Source: an uncultured virus (IMG/VR IMGVR_UViG_3300024343_000011)
Lineage: Duplodnaviria; Heunggongvirae; Uroviricota; Caudoviricetes; Crassvirales
Length of the DNA: 64,000 nt
IMG/VR virus record: IMGVR_UViG_3300024343_000011
Strand: one strand, 5' to 3'
Shown here: in pieces, positions 22,380 to 32,401 of the stretch
Layout of the letters: each line of letters begins with the position of its first letter
Position numbering within the stretch: position 1 is the stretch's first letter
Program-made: the position numbers and the translations under genes
The notes under the pieces: model-generated
The model's database searches: none
Told to the model about the DNA's origin: nothing
What the model saw: only the letters and a program-made list of their open reading frames with translations

Positions 22380-24580
22380 GCAGGCTGTACGAGGTTTTAA
22401 AGGATCCTATACCAAAGGATGTATTGACCAAGGGCAACAAGGCAGGCTCTTGGGAGTACGGCTATAACCCCAAGTACGACATGATCGTCATATCCAAGGA
22501 CGGGACAATCGGACCGGTCTACGAGATCAACGGACTAAAGATAGCGCTGCCGTTTCCAAAGCATGTAGAGGACCGCGGGGGCAAGTGGGTACCACAAGAA
22601 TATCCAAAGGAGCTTTCCAAGCTAAAGACAATATTCGACTGGAACAAGTACGACAACCAGTTCAAGGGGAAGTGGGTAGACTATATCGAGACAGAGTTTG
22701 ACAGAAGAGAGCACGGATTCTGGTTCCTCAACAAGAAGCAAAAGACATATATTACCGGTACTCACTACATGTACCTCCAGTGGACAAAGATCGATATCGG
22801 TCTGCCGGAGTTCCGTGAGTCTAACCGCATATTCTTCATTTACTGGGAGGCCTGCAAGGCAGACACAAGGTGCTTCGGCATGTGCTACCTCAAGAACAGG
22901 CGTTCTGGATTCTCATTTATGAGCTCATCCGAGCTAGTGAACATTGGTACCATCACAAAGAATGCAAGGCTCGGTATCCTGTCCAAGACCGGATCCGATG
23001 CCAAGATCATGTTCACGGACAAGGTCGTCCCTATATCTACAAATTACCCGTTCTTCTTCAAGCCGGTCCAGGACGGTATGGACAAGCCTAAGACGGAGCT
23101 CGGATTCCGTGTTCCTGCGTCTAAGATCACACGCAATAACATGGACAAGAACGAGGAGGACATCGAGGGCCTCGACACGTCCATCGACTGGAAGAACACT
23201 GCAGACAACTCTTACGATGGAGAGAAACTGAAGCTGCTCATTCATGACGAGAGTGCGAAATGGACACCACCAAACAACATCGAGACCAACTGGCGTGTGA
23301 CAAAGACCTGTCTTCGTTTGGGTTCTAGGATCATCGGCAAGTGCATGATGGGCTCTACCTCTAACGCCATGGACAAGGGTGGTTCTGGATACAAAGTACT
23401 TTACAATGACTCCGACCCAAGGAAGCGAAGTCAGAACGGTCAGACAAAGAGCGGGCTGTACGGGCTATTTATCCCAATGGAGTGGAACTTCGAGGGATTC
23501 ATCGACGAGCATGGATGGCCGGTACTAGAGAAGCCGGAAGAGCCGATCAAGGGTATAGACGGTGGATGGATATCCAACAGCGTTGTCGACTACTGGGAGA
23601 ACGAGGTACAGTCATTGAAGTCTGACTCGGACGCACTGAACGAATTCTATCGTCAGTTCCCACGCACGGAGTCTCACGCATTCCGTGACGAGAGCAAGCA
23701 GTCTCTGTTCAACCTGACCAAGATATACCAGCAGATCGATTACAACGACTCCATGATCAAGGGCCAGATGATTACCCGTGGCAACTTCCACTGGAAGAAC
23801 GGAGAGAAGGACAGCGAGGTTGTGTGGACACCGGAAAATACCGGCAGGTTCTACATCTCTTGGTTCCCTGACAAGCCTAACAATGTCATCGACATTAACG
23901 GAAGGAAGAAGCCGGGCAACGAGCACATGGGAACATTCGGATGCGATCCTTACGATATCTCGGGTACCGTAGGTGGGGGTGGATCTAACGGATCACTGCA
24001 CGGGATGACCAAGTTCCACATGGACAGCGGTCCGTGCAACCAGTTCTTTCTGGAGTACATCGCAAGGCCACAGACCGCGGAGATATTCTTCGAGGACGTT
24101 TTGATGGCGTGTGTCTTCTATGGAATGCCGGTACTGGCGGAGAATAACAAGCCAAGACTACTTTATCATTTCAAGAACAGAGGATACAGAGCGTTCGCTA
24201 CTAACAGGCCCGACAAGCCCATTGCGAAGCTCTCTAAGACAGAGATAGAGATCGGGGGCATACCCAACACCTCCGAGGACATTAAGCAGGCTCACGCATC
24301 GGCTATCGAGAGTTACATCGAGCAGCACGTGGGAATAGACATGGAGGGAACTTACCGTCCGTCGGACGAAATGGGCGTGATGGCATTCACTAGGACACTT
24401 GAGGACTGGGCCAGATTTGATATCAATAACCGTACAAAGCACGATGCTTCTATTAGTTCTGGACTTGCAATTATGGCTAACCAAAAACACTTATATTTAA
24501 AGGCCGTACAGAAGTCGAAAATAAGCGTTAAATTTGCACAATACGATAACAAAGGCTCCGAAAGCCAGTTGATAAGATAA
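22376..24580 (+). CDS. terL: terminase large subunit
   Basis: KNRRSGFS Walker A, LLIHDE Walker B, GST, GCDPYD nuclease. Confidence 0.92.
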   Translation: MSRLYEVLKDPIPKDVLTKGNKAGSWEYGYNPKYDMIVISKDGTIGPVYEINGLKIALPFPKHVEDRGGKWVPQEYPKELSKLKTIFDWNKYDNQFKGKWVDYIETEFDRREHGFWFLNKKQKTYITGTHYMYLQWTKIDIGLPEFRESNRIFFIYWEACKADTRCFGMCYLKNRRSGFSFMSSSELVNIGTITKNARLGILSKTGSDAKIMFTDKVVPISTNYPFFFKPVQDGMDKPKTELGFRVPASKITRNNMDKNEEDIEGLDTSIDWKNTADNSYDGEKLKLLIHDESAKWTPPNNIETNWRVTKTCLRLGSRIIGKCMMGSTSNAMDKGGSGYKVLYNDSDPRKRSQNGQTKSGLYGLFIPMEWNFEGFIDEHGWPVLEKPEEPIKGIDGGWISNSVVDYWENEVQSLKSDSDALNEFYRQFPRTESHAFRDESKQSLFNLTKIYQQIDYNDSMIKGQMITRGNFHWKNGEKDSEVVWTPENTGRFYISWFPDKPNNVIDINGRKKPGNEHMGTFGCDPYDISGTVGGGGSNGSLHGMTKFHMDSGPCNQFFLEYIARPQTAEIFFEDVLMACVFYGMPVLAENNKPRLLYHFKNRGYRAFATNRPDKPIAKLSKTEIEIGGIPNTSEDIKQAHASAIESYIEQHVGIDMEGTYRPSDEMGVMAFTRTLEDWARFDINNRTKHDASISSGLAIMANQKHLYLKAVQKSKISVKFAQYDNKGSESQLIR

Positions 24581-27009
24581 TGACAGAACCAACCATTGCA
24601 ATAAGCCCAAGCAGCTTCCCAACTCAGTTGGCCACTGATGCCGAAAAGGCCTCAAAAGAGTATGGCCTAAAGATAGGAAGTGCTATTCAGTACGAGTGGT
24701 TTCGCAGAGATGCGGGTTCTTGCCGTTTCTACAACCAGTGGACAGAGTTTCACCGCCTGCGTTTGTACGCCCGTGGTGAGCAGTCTGTCGAGAAGTACAA
24801 GAAGGAGATGTCATTCGACGGAGACCTTTCGTACTTGAACTTATCTTGGACCCCGGTCCCAATCATACCCAAGTTCGTTGACATCGTTGTCAACGGGATG
24901 GCAGACAGAAACTTCAGCGTAAAGGCCGTTGCACAGGATGCGATGGCCGCTGAAAAGAGGTCTCAGTTCCAGGACATGATTGAGGGCGACATGGTTGCAA
25001 AGGACTTCTTGCTCCAGACAAAGGAGCAGTTCGGCGTAGACGCTTTCAACACAGACGTTGAAAACTTGCCATCTACCGACGAGGAGTTGCAGCTTTATAT
25101 GCAATTAAATTACAAGCCTAGCATCGAGATTGCCGAAGAAGAGGCGATCAACACGATCCTAGAGCAGAACAACTATGCAGACATTAAGAAAAGAATCAAC
25201 TATGACTTGGCAGTGCTGGGTCTGGGTGGGGCAAAGCACAACTTTTTGCCCGGGGCAGGTGTTAAGGTCGAGTACGTTGACCCGGCCAACCTGGTCTACA
25301 GTTACACCGAGTCACCAACATTTGACGATTGCTTTTACTATGGTGAGGTAAAGCAGGTCCCGATCACTGAGCTGATCAAGATCAAGCCTGACATTACCAA
25401 GGAAGAGATGAACGAGATTTCTAATCTAGGTTCAGCTTGGTACAACTACTATGGTATCATGCGCCCTTACAGAGACGATATCTTCTCTAAGGACAATGTT
25501 ACGCTTCTTTATTTCAACTACAAGACAGACAAAAAATTCGTATACAAGAAGAAGTTCTTGGACAACGGAGGAGAGCGTGTTATCCGCAAGGACGAGAACT
25601 TTAATCCAGAGGTAACTCCAGAGGACAGGTTCGAGAAGGTAGAGAAGAGAATTGACGTTTGGTACGAGGGTATCCTTGTGATGGGATCGAACCACTTGAT
25701 CAAGTGGGAACTTTCCAAGAACATGGTAAGGCCAAAGTCTGCGTCTCAGTACGCATACTCTAACTACGTGATGTGTGCTCCACGCTTGTACAAGGGCGTT
25801 GTCGAGTCATTGGTACGCAGGATGATATCATTCGCCGACCTGATTCAAATGACTCACCTTAAGCTGCAACAGGTCCTTACTAAGATCGTCCCAGATGGTG
25901 TATTCATCGATGCTGACGGACTTACCGACGTTGACCTAGGCAATGGTGCCGCTTACAACCCAGAGGACGCTCTACGCATGTACTTCCAGACTGGTAGTGT
26001 TATCGGTAGAAGCTACACCTCTGACGGTGAGTTCAACAATGCACGTGTTCCAATTCAAGAGCTAAACTCTAACTCTGGTCAGGCTAAGATTTCTAGCTTG
26101 ATCGGTACATACAACCATTACCTGTCTATGATCAGGGACGTTACAGGACTCAACGAGGCCCGTGACGGTTCTATGCCATCCTCTGACGCACTAGTTGGTG
26201 TTCAGAAGTTGGCAGCCGCTAACTCAAATACTGCCACGAGGCACATCCTTGACGCAGCTCTATTCATCACAAGAAGGCTATCTACCTGCGTGTCTGGCCG
26301 TGTGTCTGACATCTTGGAGTATGCTGACTTCCGTGAGGAGTTCGCTAACCAGATCGGCAAGTATAACGTGCAGATCCTAGAGAGTATCAAGGACCTTTAC
26401 TTGCATGACTTTGGTATCTTTATCGAGGTATCTCCAGACGAGGAAGAGAAGCAACAGCTCGAGGCCAATATCCAGATGGCACTATCTAGAGACCAGATCG
26501 GTCTAGAGGATGCAATCGATATCCGTGAGATCAAGAACTTGAAGCTTGCCAACCAATTATTGAAGGTCAAGCGCAAGGAGAAGGATAAGAAGGAGATGGA
26601 GAAGCAGCAGCAGATATCTCAGTTCCAGTCGCAGGCAAACATCGAGGCCGCTAACGCTACAGCTCAGGCCAAGATGCAGCAGATCCAAGCCGAGACTCAG
26701 TCTAAGATCGAGATCAAGAGGGCAGAGGTTCAGTTCGACGTGGAGAAAATGCAGCAAGAGGCACAGATCAAGTTAGGCCTTATGCAGCAGGAGTTCCAGA
26801 TGAACATGCAGCTAAAGGGCGTAGACATGCAGGGGCTAACCGAAAAGGACAAGATGAAGGAAGAGGCAAAGGATAAACGAGTATCTTTACAAAATACACA
26901 GCAATCAAAGTTGATCGAGCAAAGAAAAAACAACTTGCCACCGGTAGACTTCGAGTCGAATGAGGACACCCTTGATGGCTTTGACCTAGCGTCATTTGAG
27001 CCAAAATAG
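24580..27009 (+). CDS. portal protein
   Basis: 809 aa after terL; PIIPKFVDIVVNG, TGLNEARDG, Q-rich coiled C-terminus. Confidence 0.85.
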   Translation: MTEPTIAISPSSFPTQLATDAEKASKEYGLKIGSAIQYEWFRRDAGSCRFYNQWTEFHRLRLYARGEQSVEKYKKEMSFDGDLSYLNLSWTPVPIIPKFVDIVVNGMADRNFSVKAVAQDAMAAEKRSQFQDMIEGDMVAKDFLLQTKEQFGVDAFNTDVENLPSTDEELQLYMQLNYKPSIEIAEEEAINTILEQNNYADIKKRINYDLAVLGLGGAKHNFLPGAGVKVEYVDPANLVYSYTESPTFDDCFYYGEVKQVPITELIKIKPDITKEEMNEISNLGSAWYNYYGIMRPYRDDIFSKDNVTLLYFNYKTDKKFVYKKKFLDNGGERVIRKDENFNPEVTPEDRFEKVEKRIDVWYEGILVMGSNHLIKWELSKNMVRPKSASQYAYSNYVMCAPRLYKGVVESLVRRMISFADLIQMTHLKLQQVLTKIVPDGVFIDADGLTDVDLGNGAAYNPEDALRMYFQTGSVIGRSYTSDGEFNNARVPIQELNSNSGQAKISSLIGTYNHYLSMIRDVTGLNEARDGSMPSSDALVGVQKLAAANSNTATRHILDAALFITRRLSTCVSGRVSDILEYADFREEFANQIGKYNVQILESIKDLYLHDFGIFIEVSPDEEEKQQLEANIQMALSRDQIGLEDAIDIREIKNLKLANQLLKVKRKEKDKKEMEKQQQISQFQSQANIEAANATAQAKMQQIQAETQSKIEIKRAEVQFDVEKMQQEAQIKLGLMQQEFQMNMQLKGVDMQGLTEKDKMKEEAKDKRVSLQNTQQSKLIEQRKNNLPPVDFESNEDTLDGFDLASFEPK

Positions 27010-27056
27010 TGTGTCACATTTATTCGTAAATTTGTGACCAAATAATTAAATCTAAT

Positions 27057-28184
27057 ATGACAAACGAATTTAAAGTGCGTTCTGTCTCTTTCGATGACGA
27101 GAAATCCGTTCAAGAAATCGAGGCACAACTGCTAAAGGAACACGAAGAGAAGAATGGCATCTCTTCAGAGGAAACGCCAGTAGAGACCACAGTGGTGGGA
27201 TCGGATGGCACGATTGAAAAAGAAAGTGTCGAAGAGACTCCGGGGGCAACCTCAAGAGAATTGGAAGACACAGACGTTCTTACATATCTTAAAAATCGGT
27301 ACAACAAGGAGATCAACTCAGTAGACGAGTTGTTTTCCGCAAGAAAAGAGGCCGAGGAATTGCCGGAGGACGTGTCAGCATTCTTGAAGTTCAAGAGAGA
27401 TACGGGCCGTGGATTCGAAGACTTTGTTAAAATTAACAAGGACTACGATGCAGTTCCCGCCAATGATTTGTTAGTCGAGTATCTTAAGCAGACTAATCCT
27501 GACCTAGACGATGAGGACATCAAGTTCGAGGTTGAGAGCAGGTACGCTTATAACGAAGACTACGACGACGCCAAGGAGGTGAAGTCAAAACAGATCGCAA
27601 TGAAAAAAGATCTTGCCAAGGCCAAAGAGTACTTTAATAAACAGAAAGAACAGTACAAGCTTCCTCTTGAGTCAAGAGAAGGCTTTGTTCCAGAAAATGA
27701 AAAAGGTAACTACGAGGCTTTGAAGAAGTATTCCAAAGAGACCGAGGAAATGCAAAAGCAGCAGATGGAGCGCTCAGAGTTCTTTGCAAAGAAGACAGAA
27801 GAAGTCTTCAACGACAAGTTCAAAGGTTTTGAATTCAATGTCGGTGAGGGTGATGTATCTTTCAAACCTAGCAATCCCGAACAAATGAAGAAAGCTCAGT
27901 CTGATGTAAGCCAATTTATTGGATCGTTCTTAGATGAGAATGGTTTTATTAAAAACGCTGAAGCATATCACAAGTCAATTGCTGTTGCAATGAACCCAGA
28001 CAGCTTTGCCAAGTTCTTTTACGAGCAAGGAAAAGCATCTGCCATCGATCAAGTAAGCAAGGAGTCTAAGAATATCCAGATGGATATCAGACAGACACCG
28101 CAGCCTACCGCGACAGGTGGATTCAAAGTAACTGCACTCGACAACGACCACGGTTCTGGACTACGTATAAAAACACGTAACTAA
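27057..28184 (+). CDS. putative capsid scaffolding protein
   Basis: Acidic helical protein between portal and MCP. Confidence 0.6.
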   Translation: MTNEFKVRSVSFDDEKSVQEIEAQLLKEHEEKNGISSEETPVETTVVGSDGTIEKESVEETPGATSRELEDTDVLTYLKNRYNKEINSVDELFSARKEAEELPEDVSAFLKFKRDTGRGFEDFVKINKDYDAVPANDLLVEYLKQTNPDLDDEDIKFEVESRYAYNEDYDDAKEVKSKQIAMKKDLAKAKEYFNKQKEQYKLPLESREGFVPENEKGNYEALKKYSKETEEMQKQQMERSEFFAKKTEEVFNDKFKGFEFNVGEGDVSFKPSNPEQMKKAQSDVSQFIGSFLDENGFIKNAEAYHKSIAVAMNPDSFAKFFYEQGKASAIDQVSKESKNIQMDIRQTPQPTATGGFKVTALDNDHGSGLRIKTRN

Positions 28185-28209
28185 ACAAAAAAAACTAAAA
28201 AACTAAACT

Positions 28210-29610
28210 ATGGCTGGATCAGTTCAAGTGAGTCCCGGGTTTGCTATAACCCCCTCATCCGTCAAGGCAACATTGCCTTCTAACTACATTACCAACTTCG
28301 ATTTCTTAAACCAGTATCTTCCTGATACCTACGAGAAAGAATTCGAGCGTTACGGTAATCGCTCTATCGCATCTTTCTTACGTCAAGTAGGAGCTGAGAT
28401 GCCTTCTAACTCTGACCTTATCAAGTGGGCAGAACAAGGTCGTTTGCACACCAAGTATACAAGCTGTACTTCCGCTGCTGCCGCTACTTCTGACACCGCT
28501 ACTTGGACAGTTGCTGATGCTGGTATTACTGCATGTAACTTCCGCGTTGGTCAAACCGTATTCTTGTCTCGTAACGCTGCTGGTACCCAAAGCGATAAAG
28601 CTATCATCACCGCAGTATCTGGATTGACTTTCACTGTAGCTTACTACGCTGCTGGTGGTCAAACCATCCCTGTATCAACTACTTCTACTGCATTCGTTTA
28701 TGGTTCTGAATTCAAAAAAGGAGCTAACGGTATGTCTGGTTCTTTGGAGGCTGAAGATAGTTTCTTCGACAACTCTCCTATCATCATCAAGGACAACTAC
28801 GAAGTATCTGGTTCTGACATGGCTCAGATCGGATGGGTAGAAGTTACTACTGAAAATGGTGCAACTGGATACTTGTGGTACATCAAGTCTGAGCACGAAA
28901 CTCGTTTGCGTTTCGAAGACTACATGGAAATGGCCATGGTAGAAGGTGTTCCTGCTGAAACCGCTTCTGGTGCTATCGCAGTAACTGGTGATGTTGGTAA
29001 CAAAGGAACTAAAGGTTTATTCTACACAGTTGAACAGCGTGGAAACATTTGGGCTGGTGGAAATCCAAGTACTTTGGCTGACTTCGATGCTATCATCCAA
29101 CGTTTGGACAAGCAAGGTGCTATCCAAGAGAACGTATTGTTCTTGAACCGTAACTTCAGCTTCGATATCGATGATATGTTGGCTGCTCAAAACAGCTACG
29201 GTGCTGGTGGAACTAGCTACGGTTTGTTCAACAACGACGAGAAAATGGCCTTGACTTTGGGCTTCTCTGGATTTAAGCGTGGATATGAGTTCTACAAGAC
29301 TGATTGGAAATACTTAAACGATGCTACTCTTCGTGGTGGTATCAATGGTGGTGAAATCAACGGTGTATTAGTACCTGCTGGTTCAACTAATGTTTACGAT
29401 CAAGTTATGGGTAAGAACGCTAAGCGTCCATTCTTGCACGTTCGTTACCGTGCTAGCGAAACTGAGAATCGCAGATACAAGACTTGGATCACAGGTTCTG
29501 CTGGTGGCGCTGCTACTAGTGACTTGGATGCAATGAAAGTTAGTTTCTTGTCTGAGCGTGCATTGTGCACCTTGGGCGCGAACAACTTCTTCTTGTTCAA
29601 GACTGCTTAA
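28210..29610 (+). CDS. major capsid protein
   Basis: 466 aa; synteny, biased codon use, WAEQGRLH, followed by a terminator. Confidence 0.85.
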   Translation: MAGSVQVSPGFAITPSSVKATLPSNYITNFDFLNQYLPDTYEKEFERYGNRSIASFLRQVGAEMPSNSDLIKWAEQGRLHTKYTSCTSAAAATSDTATWTVADAGITACNFRVGQTVFLSRNAAGTQSDKAIITAVSGLTFTVAYYAAGGQTIPVSTTSTAFVYGSEFKKGANGMSGSLEAEDSFFDNSPIIIKDNYEVSGSDMAQIGWVEVTTENGATGYLWYIKSEHETRLRFEDYMEMAMVEGVPAETASGAIAVTGDVGNKGTKGLFYTVEQRGNIWAGGNPSTLADFDAIIQRLDKQGAIQENVLFLNRNFSFDIDDMLAAQNSYGAGGTSYGLFNNDEKMALTLGFSGFKRGYEFYKTDWKYLNDATLRGGINGGEINGVLVPAGSTNVYDQVMGKNAKRPFLHVRYRASETENRRYKTWITGSAGGAATSDLDAMKVSFLSERALCTLGANNFFLFKTA

Positions 29611-29633
29611 TCTTAAATAGGTTATCACACACA

Positions 29634-29663
29634 AGGGGTGGGTACAATGTACTCACCCTTTTT
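29634..29663 (+). terminator. intrinsic terminator after MCP
   Basis: GGGTGGGTAC-AAT-GTACTCACCC-TTTTT. Confidence 0.75.
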
Positions 29664-29695
29664 GTTTATATTTGTACCAACAATTAAATCTACTT

Positions 29696-30439
29696 ATGAT
29701 AAAATCTACAAATGAGCTTAAGGACAGGGTATTTGTCCTTACCTCCAGCACCTCCCCGTTAACTTATGTGTTGCCATCTCGTAACACTAAAAGATTTTCA
29801 CTGCTCCACTTCGATGGAAAGACTAACCGTGCTCTTCGCTATGCAAGAAACCAAAAGTCTGTATTTGAAGACGAACAAGACGACAATGCAATTGTCGAGC
29901 CTGTTGTCTTTGAAGATGGAGCCTTGGTAGTTCCAGCAAACAATCCTCTTTTGTCACAGTTCTTGGATATCCATCCATTAAATGGCCAGATCTTTATGGA
30001 GTTGAATCCAGAAAAAGAGGCTATGATCGACATCGAGGACATGAATGTAGAGCTAGACGCTCAGATCTCCGCTAGAAATATGGACCTAGATACCATGTTA
30101 GCTGTAGCTAGATTGGTTTGGGGGCCTGTAGTTGACACAATGACTACTCCAGAGTTGAAGAGAGACATCTTGTTGTACGCAAGAGAGTATCCAATTCAGT
30201 TGCTAGAGATGTTGAACGACCCATCATTGACCGAGACAGCTTTAGCCTCTAAGGCGCTTTCTGAGGGCTTGTTTGGTATGCGTAACAATAACCGTGAGAT
30301 CTGGTTTAACATGACCGGAAACAAGCGTAAGTTGATGAACGTGCAGCAGGGCGAAGACGCTGTGTATGTTTTGACTGCATACTTAGAGTCTGCTGAAGGG
30401 AAAGAAGTATTAGAGATGGTGAAGTCTAAGTTATCATAA
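29696..30439 (+). CDS. conserved hypothetical protein
   Basis: RALRYARNQKSVFEDEQ...VFEDGALVVP. Confidence 0.7.
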   Translation: MIKSTNELKDRVFVLTSSTSPLTYVLPSRNTKRFSLLHFDGKTNRALRYARNQKSVFEDEQDDNAIVEPVVFEDGALVVPANNPLLSQFLDIHPLNGQIFMELNPEKEAMIDIEDMNVELDAQISARNMDLDTMLAVARLVWGPVVDTMTTPELKRDILLYAREYPIQLLEMLNDPSLTETALASKALSEGLFGMRNNNREIWFNMTGNKRKLMNVQQGEDAVYVLTAYLESAEGKEVLEMVKSKLS

Positions 30440-30458
30440 TTATACGTATATTTGTTGT

Positions 30459-30740
30459 ATGGAAAAATTTTTAAGCATCCCAGTTACTAGCGAACAAAAT
30501 CAGCTAGTTCAGGCTACAGGAATCATTTTGATTGAGCAAGCCTCTACAACTACAGTTACTATCGTTTACGGTGGTGGCAAAGTGGTTACACTTACACATG
30601 CTACTGCTGGTGCAGGAGACGAGACACAGCGTGACGCAATTCAAAATTCCGTAGTTGCTGCTTTGCAGACTCCTTGGACTTATGTTGCATACACTGTATC
30701 AGGTCTTCCATACGCAGTTAGCGGAATTACCGTAGCGTAA
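30459..30740 (+). CDS. putative minor structural protein
   Basis: 93 aa with its own promoter box and terminator. Confidence 0.6.
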   Translation: MEKFLSIPVTSEQNQLVQATGIILIEQASTTTVTIVYGGGKVVTLTHATAGAGDETQRDAIQNSVVAALQTPWTYVAYTVSGLPYAVSGITVA

Positions 30741-30761
30741 ACATCAAGACTATTTAAAACT

Positions 30762-30792
30762 AAGGCCATCTCGAGAGGGGTGGCCTTTTTTT
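30762..30792 (+). terminator. intrinsic terminator
   Basis: AAGGCCATCTC-GAGA-GGGGTGGCCTT-TTTTT. Confidence 0.75.
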
Positions 30793-30809
30793 GTTATCTT
30801 TGTGAGAAC

Positions 30810-31502
30810 ATGATTAACACGGTTAGAAATACTGTTATGGCTATCATAAACAAGGACAACAACGGTTATATTACACCGGATGAGTTCAACTTGTTTGCCA
30901 AGCAGGCTCAGCTAGAGATATTTGAACAACAATTTTACGATTACACTAACTGGGTTAATAAAAGAAACGCCAGAATGGCCAACGATGGCTACTCAGATAT
31001 TCAAAAACAAATTGCAGAAAAAATTGATAGATTTAGTGAGCAAGCGACTCTTACGTATAATTCTGGTGCCGGCGCTTTTCCTGCACCTTCTAATTCTTAT
31101 TTTGTTAACGTTCTACTTTACGCTAACAAAGAGATTGAGTACGTGGCTCACACCAAAATTATGAACCTTATCTCGTCAAACTTGACGGCTCCCACTACAT
31201 CGTACCCTGCGTACTATGAGAAGGAGAATTTTTATTATGTATATCCGAGCACAATCCAAACGAATGTCAGCGCTCTGCACGTTCGCTATCCTGTTGATCC
31301 TAAGTGGACATACTCTGTCGTGTCAGGGTCGCCTATATTCAACCAGTCAGCTGTTGACTATCAAGACTTTGAGCTTTCGGAAAGCTCACAAAACGACTTA
31401 GTCTTCAAGATCCTTTCATACGCTGGTGTTAATATCCGTGAGGCCGATGTGGTTCAGTTCGCAATGGCCGGAGAAAACGCAGAGTCAACCAAGCAATCAT
31501 AA
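30810..31502 (+). CDS. putative head-tail adaptor/ring protein
   Basis: NK...GYITPDEFN..A..AQ; position after the head genes. Confidence 0.55.
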   Translation: MINTVRNTVMAIINKDNNGYITPDEFNLFAKQAQLEIFEQQFYDYTNWVNKRNARMANDGYSDIQKQIAEKIDRFSEQATLTYNSGAGAFPAPSNSYFVNVLLYANKEIEYVAHTKIMNLISSNLTAPTTSYPAYYEKENFYYVYPSTIQTNVSALHVRYPVDPKWTYSVVSGSPIFNQSAVDYQDFELSESSQNDLVFKILSYAGVNIREADVVQFAMAGENAESTKQS

Positions 31503-32401
31503 TGGCATATATAAGCAATCAACAATACTACTCAGACCCCAATAATAATGGGGAGTACCAGTATGTCAGCCTTGCTGACGTGGTTAATAACTTCATGCTT
31601 ATGTATGTTGGTGACGACAAGTTGATCGGAACCGTGAACAGGTACAATGTACTGTTCTACGCAAAGCGTTCTATACAGGAACTCAACTACGATGCGGCTA
31701 GGAATGTTCGTGTCCTTGAGTTTAGGATTGGCCCAGATCTTAAGTTGATACTGCCACCTGACTACATTAACTACGTTCGTATCTCATTGGAGAACGAGGG
31801 CGTGTTATTCCCGTTACTAGAGAGCAAGACCGTAAACTACGCACAGACATACCTAAAGGACTCTAGTGACAATATCCTATACGATCAGAACGGAGAGGTG
31901 CTTACGGGCACGTCTGAGCTTGACATAAAGAGAATCCAAGGCGGAACGCAGTCATTGTTCACCGGCGACGCTTGGGCAAACGGAAGATATGGATGGCTTG
32001 TAGATGGCTATTGGTACTTTAACTATGACTTGGGCGGATACTTCGGCCTGAACGGAGAGACTGCCAACGGTAATCCGAACTTCAGAATCGATCAAGGCTC
32101 TGGCGTGATTAACTTCAGCTCTCAGATGTCTGACCAGTTATTGGTGATGGAGTACATCTCCGATGGTCTTGAGAACGGTGACGACTCATTGGTCAAGGTA
32201 AACAAGCTTGCCGAGGACTTCATGTATAGCTATATCAAGTGGTGTATTTTAAACAATCGTGTTGGAGTACAGGAGTATATCGTTCGTAGAGCGAGAGAAG
32301 AGAAGTCAGCCCTTCTTCGCAACGCAAAGATTAGGATGAGCAACTTGCACTCTGGTAGATTGTTGATGGTATTACGGAATCAATCTAACTGGATTAAATA
32401 A
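31502..32401 (+). CDS. putative tail ring/structural protein
   Basis: LPPDYINYVRIS, MEYISDG; coupled to its neighbours. Confidence 0.55.
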   Translation: MAYISNQQYYSDPNNNGEYQYVSLADVVNNFMLMYVGDDKLIGTVNRYNVLFYAKRSIQELNYDAARNVRVLEFRIGPDLKLILPPDYINYVRISLENEGVLFPLLESKTVNYAQTYLKDSSDNILYDQNGEVLTGTSELDIKRIQGGTQSLFTGDAWANGRYGWLVDGYWYFNYDLGGYFGLNGETANGNPNFRIDQGSGVINFSSQMSDQLLVMEYISDGLENGDDSLVKVNKLAEDFMYSYIKWCILNNRVGVQEYIVRRAREEKSALLRNAKIRMSNLHSGRLLMVLRNQSNWIK

